Below, piece after piece: positions 22,501 through 36,739 of a stretch of 64,000 bases of DNA (positions within the stretch are counted from its first letter, which is position 1; every line of letters starts with the position of its first letter). The translations under genes and the position numbers were made by a program. The stretch lies in the NCBI RefSeq assembly GCF_002113885.1, contig NW_018403955.1, forward strand, positions 220,215 to 284,214, given 5' to 3'. Under the pieces are notes generated by a model, which was not told the origin of the DNA, did no database searches, and worked only from the letters and a program-made list of their open reading frames with translations. Origin of the DNA: Mizuhopecten yessoensis. Lineage: Eukaryota.

Positions 22501-23751
22501 AAGATTAAGGCTGACAATTCCACCTTATTTGATATCAACTATGAATGAGTTATGATCGTGTCAGGGAACAATGGTATACTGACCGCTCACTTCAGCGATA
22601 AGCAACCGAACTACATAATCTACGAAAATAACAGAAATACAATTGAAATGAAATGAAGTGAACAACCACAATGCAGGATGTCTTTAATAGTCACCGTGAA
22701 TAACGATACAGATCTGTAGAACATTTTAAATTCTCAGCAGGATACAAAAGGCACGGCGATTCATTCTGTGAAGCTCCATTACAAAGAATGGAGTGTATTT
22801 TGTTTAACTACAGTCTCTACGGAGAGAAAGTGGCCGATGACTTTTTATTCTCGTCATGCGATTTCTATAATCGTTAAAACACGTGTCTGATACTGGATAC
22901 GTCAGCTTCGGGGAAACATTAAATATCTATTCGTTAATTCCATGCCAAGAAATTGTTATTTTGTGAATTGTTTAACAACGGCGGAAATATCTGGCCACGT
23001 GGCTTATTATATAGAAGCTTTGCCGAGGTCATGGTTTACTAGGGAAGCGGGCGGGCGTCGTACTTGACATCAGATCAAATCGAATATGGCGAATTAGAAT
23101 GTAATTTGATTTAAATCTGACGTGTGCAAATGTTTTGTCAATACGGTTTCCTGATCAGGTAATGAAAATGTTTTTAAAACTTCCGGTTGATTTTGTGAGG
23201 AACGTGTCGTCTGCTTTATGAATAATTTGTTGAGAAAAACACATGCGCTGTTCGAGTGTTGTTGTCGCAATTATTTGATTAAAGACAATCTTAAATTGTT
23301 ACATATCATGCCGTACTAAATCTTCCCTTTTCAGCTGGTTTGAACTATTTTATTATTTGCGGAATATACAAATGTATAGACTGATGTATACGGTATACGT
23401 CATCTTTGATGTAAGTCTAGCCTGGTGCACATAAGCTCAGAAATTTGTATTAAATCTGCATACTAGTCAATATTTGTTATAAATTTATTTTGTTTTATTG
23501 TCTTAATGGTTCAATGTATTTTATTCAAATTAAAAGTGATTTTATTAATTGCCGGAAATGAAAATAATGTCTATCGAATTCTCAGCGCTCTATGAATATT
23601 GAACTATCAGATGAATATTCTTTTAAAGAGTTAATTCGTACATTAATATCATTCGAAATCGATTTTAATGCAATGTAACCTTAACTTAATATGATTACAC
23701 TTATGGTAGTGTAAACCAACGTGCGACATGTTATCAAAACGTTATACAAAC

Positions 23752-25236
23752 TTGATAACCGGCGGTGTACCAACATTGAATCTATTGATAACCGGCGGTG
23801 TACCAACATTGAATCTATTGATAACCGGCGGTGTACCAACATTGAATCTATTGATAACCGGCGGTGTACCAACATTGAATCTATTGATAACCGGCGGTGT
23901 ACCAACATTGAATCTATTGATAACCGGCGGTGTACCAACATTGAATCTATTGATAACCGGCGGTGTACCAACATTGAATCTATTGATAACCGGCGGTGTA
24001 CCAACATTGAATCTATTGATAACCGGCGGTGTACCAACATTGAATCTATTGATAACCGGCGGTGTACCAACATTGAATCTATTGATAACCGGCGGTGTAC
24101 CAACATTGAATCTATTGATAACCGGCGGTGTACCAACATTGAATCTATTGATAACCGGCGGTGTACCAACATTGAATCTATTGATAACCGGCGGTGTACC
24201 AACATTGAATCTATTGATCATCGGCGGTGTACCAACATTGAATCTATTGATAACCGGCGGTGTACCAACATTGAATCTATTGATAACCGGCGGTGTACCA
24301 ACATTGAATCTATTGATAACCGGCGGTGTACCAACATTGAATCTATTGATAACCGGCGGTGTACCAACATTGAATCTATTGATAACCGGCGGTGTACCAA
24401 CATTGAATCTATTGATAACCGGCGGTGTACCAACATTGAATCTATTGATAACCGGCGGTGTACCAACATTGAATCTATTGATAACCGGCGGTGTACCAAC
24501 ATTGAATCTATTGATAACCGGCGGTGTACCAACATTGAATCTATTGATAACCGGCGGTGTACCAACATTGAATCTATTGATAACCGGCGGTGTACCAACA
24601 TTGAATCTATTGATAACCGGCGGTGTACCAACATTGAATCTATTGATAACCGGCGGTGTACCAACATTGAATCTATTGATAACCGGCGGTGTACCAACAT
24701 TGAATCTATTGATAACCGGCGGTGTACCAACATTGAATCTATTGATAACCGGCGGTGTACCAACATTGAATCTATTGATAACCGGCGGTGTACCAACATT
24801 GAATCTATTGATAACCGGCGGTGTACCAACATTGAATCTATTGATAACCGGCGGTGTACCAACATTGAATCTATTGATAACCGGCGGTGTACCAACATTG
24901 AATCTATTGATAACCGGCGGTGTACCAACATTGAATCTATTGATAACCGGCGGTGTACCAACATTGAATCTATTGATAACCGGCGGTGTACCAACATTGA
25001 ATCTATTGATCATCGGCGGTGTACCAACATTGAATCTATTGATCATCGGCGGTGTACCAACATTGAATCTATTGATAACCGACGGTGTACCAACACTGAA
25101 CCTATTGATAATCGGCGGTGTACCAACATTGAATTTATTGATAACCGGCGGTGTACCATCATTGAATTTATTGATAACCGGCGGTGTACCAACATTGAAT
25201 TTATCGATAACCGGCGGTGTACCAACATTGAATCTA
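23752..25236. repeat. Highly homogeneous 33-bp satellite, ~45 copies
   Basis: Unit gataaccggcggtgtaccaacattgaatctatt; near-perfect except one internal variant (~24218) and the last ~7 units. Confidence 0.98.
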
Positions 25237-25416
25237 TGGAGTTTAAATCTACACATGTTTTGTACATCCTATAAAGCTGATCAATAATTCATTGTAATGA
25301 TATGAATTCTTTAGAAAACGATAATTCCATTTTTTACTTAGAAGTCGACTAATGGCTAGGCCAGACCACCTCTGACTCATTCTTCATACAGGGTAATATA
25401 TTGAGGGGAATAAAAT

Positions 25417-25452
25417 GAAACAAACAAACAAACAAACAAACAAACAAACAAA
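25417..25452. repeat. (AAAC)n microsatellite
   Basis: About 8 AAAC units. Confidence 0.9.
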
Positions 25453-26528
25453 AACAACGACAAATATTTAAATTACAGGAAGCATTTTGTTTTGGTATAC
25501 CAGGCCAGCTGGCAGATAGAACAATGCATTGTTTCCGTATGTTGTACGGTTAAGCATAAACAACGTGTGAACTAGTATTTTTCCATCAATATCAATACCA
25601 CTTTTAATGTGATACGTTTTAATATTTTAATCTACATCCAATTCTATCCCCAAACTAGTACAAAATACAAAAACAGGGGTATACAGTGATGCATTTTTGA
25701 TTGCGTGTAGTGACTACTGTTGGTGGACTGGCAGTAGAAATAAAGATCTTTGTGAACCCTATACATGAATCGTCGAGATGACCTTTGATATATATAGCTC
25801 GACAATGAGTCGACAGTTTGTATTTCCTGACGGAACTTGACAATCAAAATGTTAGGGTATGGTCTTGATGAGTACACGTCTTATCACACCAAAAGTACTG
25901 TTTAGTAGGACGGAGATCAATCAACATCTCAGTCCTACAACTTCCGGCTGACCCCCTTTTTCAAGTAACCATATACCACGGTGTTTACATTACAGAAGAA
26001 TCACACATACCTATTAATCAACACTTGTTTAATTGAAACACTTTCCAACCGTTTACCTGTGCAGGTGCGGAGAACAAACATACATGCATTATATCCTACT
26101 GTGTAGTCGCACAAAGAGTCTATTTCAATTTAACTTTTCATCATCTTCTAGAGGGATATTGAAGAGACCATTACATATCTTTTGCTAAACTCATTACAAC
26201 GGTTGGATTTTTATCTTTTTTTTTTGTTCTACTCTTTTCTACACATTTAATGCCTCCTTGTTTCTTCTGACACACTATTAGTCCATTTTTTCGGAGTGGC
26301 CGTCATTGGTATGATCATATTTCGTTGGTGGCCGTCACGACTTCATCACCCATTCCATCTTTTCCTCCATGTTCTGTGTATACATATTCAACTGAAAAGA
26401 TAATTCATTGGACAATGGTATGGAAGTGGACTGAAGACTTCGATGCAGAGAGAATGATTGAAAATATTGTTGGGGACACGAAAAATGGAGATTGAAAAAG
26501 CAATGAAACTCGTGTGGAAATGAAGACT

Positions 26529-26832
26529 AGAAAGTGACCCAGACAGGAGGCGAAGGACAGAGGGGTGATAACACTATCGTAATATAAATACAGAAAAGGA
26601 CCCAGACAGGAGGCGAAGGACAGAGGGGTGATAACACTATCTTAATATAAATACAGAAAGTGACCCAGACAGGAGGCGAAGGACCAAGGGTTGATAACAC
26701 TATCGTAATATATATACAGAAAGTGACCCAGACAGGAGGCGAAGGACAGAGGGGTAATAACACTATCTTAATATAAATACAGAAAGTGACCCAGACAGGA
26801 GGCGAAGGACAGAGGGTTGATAACACTATCGT
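26529..26832. repeat. 63-bp tandem repeat, ~5 copies
   Basis: agaaagtgacccagacaggaggcgaaggacagaggggtgataacactatcgtaatataaatac starting at 26529, 26592, 26655, 26718 and 26781. Confidence 0.95.
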
Positions 26833-27706
26833 TATAAAAATGCACATATTTTTAATGTAAACATTATTTTTATCGAAAACAAATATTGACATTTTATTAC
26901 TTAAGAAGGAAAAATAATGACATACTCATATCATTAGGGTAAACTTCTAAATAAATTCTGCGTCTACAAAATTTAACTATTAGATTGAAATAAAAAGACG
27001 ACTTGTTTTTATAAAATTCAACCTACAGCTATAGCCATGTAGGTTACCTTTTGGTAATTGACACCCTGAATTGACCAACGTGAATTTCAGTTATCTTAAT
27101 AATACTTATTATCAGAGCGTGATATTAAAGTTTTCTTTCTTATTTGTTCGTAACCAATAAAACATACTCCAAAGAAAACAATCTGCTGAAGAATGATACA
27201 CATTACTTATTTTTTGAAAATTTGATTGAGTTTTCAAACCAAAATGTAACGAATATATGTGAAGTATGCCCGTTATTCTATGTAAGCTTTGATTCTAATC
27301 AAACACTATAGAATGCTATTTTTTTAGTAGTAACTCTATATACCATCAGAAACGGCAAATTTTAACAACATGTACGCTAACTATTCTTGAGTACTGGATT
27401 TCACCTTCAGGTTTTTGAGTTCACGTTGTTATTGCTTTTTCGATCTGACCTCGATTTTAATTTTACCGTGTAATATGTTAATTTTGTTCTTGACTGTTGA
27501 CGCTGAGGCACATGTATCATTTTTATTTATCATTCTAATTAGCACAGGTCAAACCCAATTCATGCTTGTGATTTACACAACCAAAGAATCATCAGTCCAT
27601 TAAATGTCGACGTAGTTATGGTGTATTCAAGAGTGATATCATTTCTTCTTTATGGGAGAATTTCTGTTTGTGTTATAAAAGAGGACAATAACTCTCTTTG
27701 TCATAT

Positions 27707-27858
27707 CACGAAACAAGTTTACCAAAGCGCCAAATCACAAGGACAAAATCTGACATTTAAACGAATTTTTTTTACCAAAGCAGCAAATCAAAAAGACACA
27801 ATCTGACATTGCACGAAACAAGTTTACCAAAGCGCCAAATCACAAGGACAAAATCAGA
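27707..27858. repeat. ~52-bp tandem repeat, 3 copies, followed by a 10-bp-stem hairpin (27867-27898)
   Basis: tttaccaaagcgccaaatcacaaggacaaaatc x3 (middle copy diverged); then ttcgacacga...tcgtgtcgaa. Confidence 0.8.
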
Positions 27859-28464
27859 CTTCAACCTTCGACACGAAACACATGATTCTCGTGTCGAAAA
27901 TCTCTTTCGTGATTAAGAGAATAAGAAGTTGAAATGAGGTGTTCCATTAGGGTAAGCGTTCCATACACAACATAAATCACCGGTCTCAAATACCTCGTGA
28001 TGTCTTTTGAATCAAGAAAATTAAAAAACAATTGTCGGCCACGAATTTCTGGTACAGAAAGGAAAGAATGTATGAATTTGTAATATTAATCACATAGCAC
28101 ATGTGTAAACGTGACATATTGAATGTTGATAATCATAGTATCAGCGACACAAATGCTCTTTTATCAGTAGAGAATATGTCTGTTGAAATATAATAACTTT
28201 TTATAAATAATAAAATTTGAATAATATGATACAAACTAAGGATTCAGAGGTAAATTGTTATTTCCAATCCCATTAATATATTTTGATGTCTATCTATAGT
28301 AAATATAACAGAAGACAAATATTGTAGTGAAGTATAGCTGTCCGCCCTGTTCTTTGTTCCACTGAGAACTTTCTACACTTAAACCCGTCCTAAGTGCCAC
28401 TTTGAGCTCAAGGGAAAAACTAGCCACCATACAATACATGGATACGCGACAAGTTGAAGTTGAC

Positions 28465-28723
28465 CATTTCCGGAAAGTTCTTGTTGATAAGAGATTAAAA
28501 TATCAAACATATATAATTTCGCGTCATCATAGCTACGGCTACTGGAGAGGAAAAATAAATCCGCGAATAGGCGCGAGACCGGATGAGTCACGTGGGCGGT
28601 CGTTCATTTGTTTCCGCATCTATCTGGACTGGATGAAGCCGTTGATTCGTCAGTAAACACTCTTGAAAGCGATAGTGGTTTTACAGGGATCTCACTTCGA
28701 TTCGTGGACAAGGAAACCTACAG
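28465..28723 (+). promoter_or_regulatory. Candidate TAL1/SCL promoter and non-coding first exon
   Basis: CpG-rich patch with TGATAA (28485), TGAGTCA (28584), CACGTG (28589), GGGCGG (28594) and CTATCT (28620), ending in cag|gtaaag at 28723 followed by AT-rich intron-like sequence. The link to TAL1 is inferred. Confidence 0.4.
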
Positions 28724-31700
28724 GTAAAGTTATAGTTTAACATTATTTTACACATTTTAGGTGATTTTTATTTGTATAAGATTATGAAATATATCCTTTT
28801 TTATTTTTGCTTTTCATACCTAAATACTTTATGTATGATTCATATATTGAATTTTGTTCATCAAGCACTTAGTTTATTTTTATATTATTTTATTGATGCA
28901 CGGCTGAAGAACGACGAAAGTTGAGTGTCAATATAAAGCCACTGTTTGTGAAGTTAAATATTCATTCAATTTATTTATTTATTTTTTGATGTTTCGTTTT
29001 ATAAAGTAAGTTAACATAGCAGGAATGTTTTCATACTTCACTGTCGTCATGCTCTCATGTTGTGCAACTTTGATGCACGCGGAATTCCTTGTATGTTTAT
29101 TTACGCGATGGAATAGATATACGTGCGGAACGACACAGTGGGACGATTGTCGACTGGCAGGGGAGGGAAGGCTGAGGGGGAGTGGAAGGGGTGGGGAGTG
29201 TAGCTGGGTGTCGTGACAGGCTCAGGCTCTGCGAAAGGTGATGATGTAATGTATACCGGAATATACATCAATACATCAATCAAATGCTAGGCCGACGGCA
29301 GACGCTAAACACCGTTTGACAAGCCACATATCTTATTTCTTAAATCTGCAAATAAACAGCAAATAATAAAACACATTTTCTTTATACATTCTGTTTTCAA
29401 TAGAAATTCCAGGATCGTATTTAAGGATTTTTTTGCATTTCCCGAATGTTGCAGGTGGTATGGGGCGGGGTTGTATGTTTGCGAATTTTAATCTCAGAAC
29501 AAATATTGTCAATTATTGCCTCTTAAAATACAACTCCTATCTACTTCTTGTCAAGTGGCAGGCGAAAACGTCGAATGCCCGCTATGCTAATTTGCTTGTT
29601 AGATAGAATCTAACCTTGGCATAAGATTTTGTTACAATTTTTATCCAGACCGATTTCTCTCAAAGAGACTGTTAAAATGCGATAGTAATCGTAGATTACA
29701 GCCACAAGAAAAGACCTTGCAGTTTTGGAGAGGTTTTCTGGACAATGGAAGCTCACAGCAGATATGATTAGATTAAGTAGATACTCACTTCAATTTATTT
29801 TCTAATGTCAATGACAATAACATTTTGTTTAATGGTAATTGTAGCAAAAATGTTCCCCCGCAGTCAGACTTGCTACGCTCGAACATTTATCCAGATAATG
29901 GATGTGACAGAAAAAGGTTCCTGAATTTCTTTAGACTAACACATTTTTCGTGTTTACTACTTATCTCACGTGTAACATTTCAGTGTTATTAACGGAACAC
30001 TTTAAACGGTTGACAACTACAGGAAGTATACGGTGTTGGCAGATTTACAAATCGATCAAAACTGTGTTACATCTAAATAACAGAAAGGAGAAAAATGGTT
30101 AACGGATATACCTGGACATTTTGACGGGCAGCAGATTTGATATCTGATCATCAAGCCGATATCTGGTAAAGAATAACGATAGAAATAATGGGGAAAATAC
30201 ACATTTTACAACAAAATTAAGTACCTTTTATTCAATTTGATGATATATCATTAAGCTGCAAGCTTTTTATAAAAGTTAGGCATAACTTGTTTACCATTTC
30301 ATCCAAGCTACATACAAATGACTATGTTACGTACATATCATTTTAATGAGGTTAATATTTGATTTAAATTAAGAGAAACACGTAGATAAGGATATTGTGA
30401 AGACGATGTTATTAATTGTTCATGTCGCATTTCATTGTGTTGCTAATTAACATTAACAAATGTTAACGTTGGATTTAGCTTTATGTTATAAATAAATTGT
30501 AGTAGGTAACAAAAGAAAGGACATATTTTCTTTCTACATGTAAATGTTTTCGAAACAAGTGCCTATGTACGATTTCATCTTACTCATCTTGCTATTCTGA
30601 ATAATTGATAATCAGCATTTTCGGTAAAAGATAAATGTCATTTTACGAAAAGAATGTGCAATATTTCCAACAGATGTTTTGTGTAGAAAATGTTCAAGAT
30701 TAAAGTCTTATCTTATGAAATGTCATCAGGGAAAAATGCTTATGAAATTATTTATCAAAATTATTTAGCTAAAACAACACCTATACAATCTCCGTCATCG
30801 GTCTAACACTGGGTCGTTTTGACACATAACTACACGGCCTGTTTGTCGTTACTAAAAGTTTTTCTTGTAATGCAAAAACAAGTAAATCATCACAGCACTT
30901 TATCTGTAAAATGCCATACTTGTTTATAAACTTAACTTTTTTTAAATGATATTCGGTCTTCATTCGTATACCAGTATATCGATACAGCTGTCAATCACGG
31001 GAGAAAGTTGTGTAACATACGAGGTGAAAAAAACTTGCGAACATGTATTCCATCACCGGCAAACAGTAGGTCCATTTTTCGGAATGGTAATCTGAGATGA
31101 TATGAAACGAAACGATTGATGAGATACTGTGGGTACGATGACATTTGCCTGTATCCATTTTTACAAACCTAGACTGTTTTATGTAATTAAAACATTAATA
31201 TCTTACTTGTGGCTCCATTTTGGAACAATAAAGTTTCACCTCGTCCGTTTTGTGATGATTCATACTAAAATATCAGTAGCAGACATCGTTAACTTTGTGG
31301 ACATCTTGTAAACATACACTACGACTTATTGTAACGACATATCTTTAAAACATCTTTCTTGAATCATGTGAGACTTTAGAAGAAATGCATGCTGTACATT
31401 TATACTATATGTATGTACTTTAAATATAACTAAATAATAGTGAACCTCTTTAATTCACCAGAATAACGGAGTAAAGAAGCGCCAACTTAAAAAAGCATTT
31501 GTCGATGCAAAAAGTCGAACAAAGTCTACACACTTTACTGCATGATGTTATCATGTCGCCCATTTAACACTCGTCAGAAGAAGTCAAAAGAAAGGCTTAA
31601 TATAAGTTGGATAACTTGTGCTTGAATAACATTGTATGATACAAATAACATATACTTAAATAAAAAAGGTTAATTCATAATAGGTTTTGTGTCTCTGTAA

Positions 31701-34700
31701 ATTAAATAATATTTTGTTGAGTTAGCATACAATGCTGATTTTTATTCGAAAGTTCTTTTAGCTTCAAAAGACATATTGAACTGTCTGGTTTATATCTTCA
31801 AAAGTGACAGAAATATGAAAAGATATTGAGTGATGAGATATCTGAATTCATTTACTCTTCAAAGGGCAAATTTTTGTTAATGAGTTGATAGCAAGAATAA
31901 CGTGACCATTGCAAATTGTCGTAAATTTAAAAAAAAAAAGATTTAATAAATATTTATTCGGAAAATAACTAAATGTCTAATATTGAAATTATGCCGAGAA
32001 TCACCGAAACCGTATAATTAAAACCATATTTTATAATGTCCACAATCAAAAATCGGAACTATTCTTTATAAAGAAATGATATATATTTTAATGCTGCCGG
32101 TAAACAGTGTGTCGACGTCAGCCTTCTTAAAAATATTGAAGTAGTATACCTAGGGTATCGATATAATACCAGGTATTATCAGATATCATGTTAAGGCGAC
32201 TACTAAAAACAAAGTCGTGACATTAATTGAACCTTGATATCCACATTTCAACAAATTGGAAATAAATAGCATTTGAAATCGTTTTTTTCAATTTCTCATT
32301 TATGTTTAATTTTAATGATATCCCTTTTTCTTTTCGACAAGAAAATAACTATCCTGTTGACATGCCAGTGATTTACCTTAAAATTAATTTTAAAAATCTG
32401 TTTAAGAGCATGTAGTGTTTATTCTTTATTTAATGTTGGAGCTATACAATTGTAGATTTGACTGTAGAAATGTACTTTTGTCCTTTCTTTATGGGAATGG
32501 TACATCCTTTCACTTTGCTACTCTTATAAAATAAATAAGTGTTGACAATTTTATCCTATTGATGCTGAAATAATGTTGAGGAAGAAGTGGCATTTGCAGA
32601 TTACACTTAATGCAAAACGTGATATAATCTATTACGCTATCTCCAGTAAACCCTACGAATACATAGTTCAACAATCTATACATTGGTGTCCCTAATCCTA
32701 GTCTTGCCGCTTTTGATGTAACCTCATCTTTAGCTTATATTAAAACTGTTTAGGCTATTGCGAGACGCTCTAATTTGTATATATGTATTTGTTACTTTTT
32801 CCAATCCATTTGTATTTTGTATTAAGTTAATCACAACATATACAAAGCGAAGAAACACATATTTAAAATTTTAGATGTAGGTGCATAAAATTGAAAAAAT
32901 AAATAAAAAGTAAATATTCACTGCAACATATGGATATTTCGTCTGTTTAGGACTCAAACAACTACAATATGTGAACGGAACAACTATCTGAATGCTTCCT
33001 CTTACTTCTACGAAATACTGAACACCAAACAATACTAAACAAAACAAATAACAATACACAATGAGCTGTACAATGATCACCTAAAACAGAACACCCTTTA
33101 GTCTCTGTTTCCATTTCATTATTTATATTTGTTTTCGTCACATTAACAACATTAATATTGATAACAAAATCATCTAATTCTCTGAAATATTTTCAGATAG
33201 TTTATTATACTATTTTGAAAGTGTAATAATTGTTTATACTGTATTCATTTTTTTTTAAATGATACCGTAGATAATATACAAAGTTAGCGCGGACGATAAA
33301 ATAACGAAACTCAAACAGTGTCATCAATGATGCACAGTAAAGCGCTACGTCAAAGGTCCTCTAACTGCACGCTATACACGATCAGTACACAGTATCGAGG
33401 GACAATGTGCCTTACAAACATTGCCATGCACATGTATAGTAGATTGGGATTAGTTTCCCCATAAGTACAAGGGGTTCGACCATGTTGTTATGGTTTTATA
33501 TCAATAGATACCTGATATAGTTGGCCTAACGTGACTGTTTAATTGAACTCAATAATCTGGAACGTTTGCTGAATCTTCAATCAGTATATGTGCAACTCGG
33601 AGAAAATAAGCTTTGGTACACTCTTTTATCAATCCCAAAAAAGATTATTTAGGTTTAAAGCAAAACGTTTATTATTATCAATATTTACGTCTGTTGAAAT
33701 AAGCTTACTGTTCATCTTTTTCAGGAATGTTAGTTTATTAAATACAGAGTATTGCAGAATTAATAATTGTTACCGAAATTCAACCAACCCGCTCGATATT
33801 GAATAAGTAAAACAATCAAACCAAAGTTAAACCAACACATAGACCAATATGTTCTGAGTTTAACCCCCCCCCCCCCCAAAAAAAGTGTGTATGAAAAGAT
33901 TTTTTTCGAAACATAACTTGTTTAAAATCAGAAGTGTAAATTAGGATCTTTCATACTGCCTGTCCATATAGCACGTGGCACAGACACTGATTCTCACACT
34001 TCCCGTGCTCTCACGGCTTACACCCGCAAACAACACACGTGCAGAACAGTCACGCGTGTATTGTTAAATTAACATGATTGGCGATATCAATTGGTTTTAG
34101 TAGTAAGTGTACAAGGAAGAATGGACGGGTTATGATATACTTCAGATTGAAGTGTTAGATACAAATTCTCGTTTAGGATACTTCAGTTTTTGCAGCTCAG
34201 TTGTTAAAACTATTTACATTTAAAATTTGTTTAACATTTAGTGCATACCTTTTTAATATAGATATTGTAACAACACTTGTATTAGATGACTCAAATCTCC
34301 GAGCCAGTTAAAAGTGTCATGATTCAGCTATTTATAACAAGCACGAATACAGCGATTTTATTGCTAGTGGTAACCACAATTTTGCAATATCAAATTAGAG
34401 CGAAAAACACTAAATTATTATTACTGTTAAAAACGTATGTTATGAGACCATGACTTTAGAGTGGCTATGGTGTATGCTTACAGACTATCTTTTCTGGCAT
34501 TGAGCTTAAAATTAGGAAATCTTGTTGTGAATCAGTAACATCAACTAAAATAATCGTCCTGTTTGTTTTGTACTCATAATACTAGTGTGAATAATCGCAT
34601 ATACAATTCGTCAATATTGCATACATAATATTAAATGTGTATAATATACAAATTGAACTTGATAGCTACTAGACGTGTATGATATCTCTTACTATTTATC

Positions 34701-36589
34701 CTGATTATTGAGTTGTATATGAGATCAAGCTAGTCAGACTTGCCTGGGGTCCCAGCTCTCCCACGACAACATCTCTAAACACACGTCCACACAGCTTACC
34801 ATCAAGGAACAGGTGGTGGGGCGTACATTCTAGCTCCCCCTCCCTTGTCCCACGGGCAATAGACGACCTACATATATGTAAACACTTAAACACATTTCAC
34901 AACAATCGTACTGTTTAAGGGGAGATATTGCATTTGTGCATGCTTGGGGGATCTCATTGGGATCATATTCATTTTAAATTAGTTCTGTAGTAATTTGGTA
35001 TTAAGTCACTATATGATACGATTGTTAGAGTGTTCAAAACCCAACGCCTTTGTATTTAACGGAAATATGCAAAATTTATAAACACGAAATTTTGGGATAA
35101 AATTTCCTTTAAAAAGCTTCTGAAAAAGACAAATCTAACATAGAATTAGAATAATTTGAAATAATAATTTCAACCGATCACCCACTCACCGTTAGTAATG
35201 AACGAAGGTAAACGTCTTTGGTTTCACGGACTACACCCGTCATGTGATTCAAGTAAAATCCGAGTTCCAAGTAGTGTTACGTTCACAAAGCCATTTAAGT
35301 GGCAAAGTAATCACAGGGCATACTAATAAAACAAGAACTTAAAAAGAACAAACATAATAAAAACCGCCGATATTGGCAATCTACTAGATATCGGTAATAA
35401 TGTAAATTATATATTTAGTTTTAAAAGATTGCTATAACGGTTCATGGCCTCCAACAAAATACTGCTCTGATATTAAATTAATTTATCATTAATCAATTAT
35501 CACATCCTGGTTTCCTTGCACATTAAATTGTAGTCAGCGTTTGTCTGCACTTTTCACTGGTGCGGGAACTTATTTGGATAACTATATAGGGATATCACAG
35601 AAGTTGGCACATTTTATGTAGTGACAGTATTTCCAAATTCTATAAACATGCATGGGGTTTTATACTTCTCAAACAGTTTCAAGCCTTGCATTCCTATCCA
35701 TCGTAAGTATACCTCTTGTAAGGTATTTTAAAACATTATTGACGTATTTGTTTTTGTAATGTATTAACAGACGAATGTAAGTACAGAAAGGTCGATATTA
35801 CAACGTTATCTCATTGCGATTTGATGCACTGCAACAAATAGCTAAAATATCACAATAAAGTAATAAAACGGAGATCATATTTACAATTAATTTTACAATG
35901 AGAAGCATAAATGGTGACTAAATTCGCCGCATCATGTAAGAAAAATCATGAAGTACTATGCGATTATAGCTAAATCTATTCAATATCGGAACAATATCTA
36001 TTTTGATTTCAGGAAGATATGAACGTTGCTCATTGAAATAAACTGCTTTTGTATTGTAATAAAGAGCCCAAAGGCAAGTAGTTATGTCATCTAAATACAG
36101 TTTAAACTGTTTATCAATTAATGTTTGATACAATGAGTTTGTTCTTAATGTTATTGTTATACCAGTACAATTGCCAACAGAACGGTATTCAACACTAACT
36201 TCATTGTCATAACAAAATGAATTTAAATGCCGCTCCTGGTTACAATTTTTTGTATTAACATCGGATTCTGTTCTAGTGAAATGTTCCTGTTTGTTTTGTA
36301 ATCATCGACTGGGGATGGGCGGCACAATTGTGTGTAGTACCAGTAATGACGTCATTGAAGCTATCACATGCCATCCATCCATCCCTGACTGTGGTGTATA
36401 CACATTTATCACAACTTACATGACCATGCTCAATTTAGGAACGATTCAAAACAAACCTTACAGGGCCAAGCACTGCATAAATTAAAGTATACATGTCAAA
36501 ACTTACAGAGCCACGCACTACTATACTAAGCTTAAAACATAAATATGAATGGCAAATCTTGAAAGTACATGACAAAACCTACATCATCA

Positions 36590-36682
36590 TTAACCCTTTC
36601 AACCCTATGTAACTTTAGTAGACTCTGTCATGCATTGATCTGGATATGAGTCCATTGTGGTCTACAGTGGTGAAAGGGTTAA
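36590..36682. mobile_element. TTAA-flanked MITE (85 bp between TTAA sites), piggyBac-like ends
   Basis: TTAA|CCCTTTCA ... TGAAAGGG|TTAA; TTAA target and CCCT...AGGG termini. Confidence 0.75.
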
Positions 36683-36739
36683 CTGTTAATTGGCATAAAT
36701 ATCCGGGACACAACTTACAGAGTATTGCACTGCTTACTT

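Noticed and set aside
23752-25236. CRISPR-like regular repeat
   Set aside because: Head-to-tail units with no unique spacers, no cas genes, and a eukaryotic intron-exon context. The same applies to all arrays here.
23681-25287. 500-aa ORFs on both strands (DNRRCTNIESI, LLITGGVPTLN and others)
   Set aside because: They arise from a 33-bp unit lacking stops in several frames; units are identical at nucleotide level with no synonymous variation and no gene structure.
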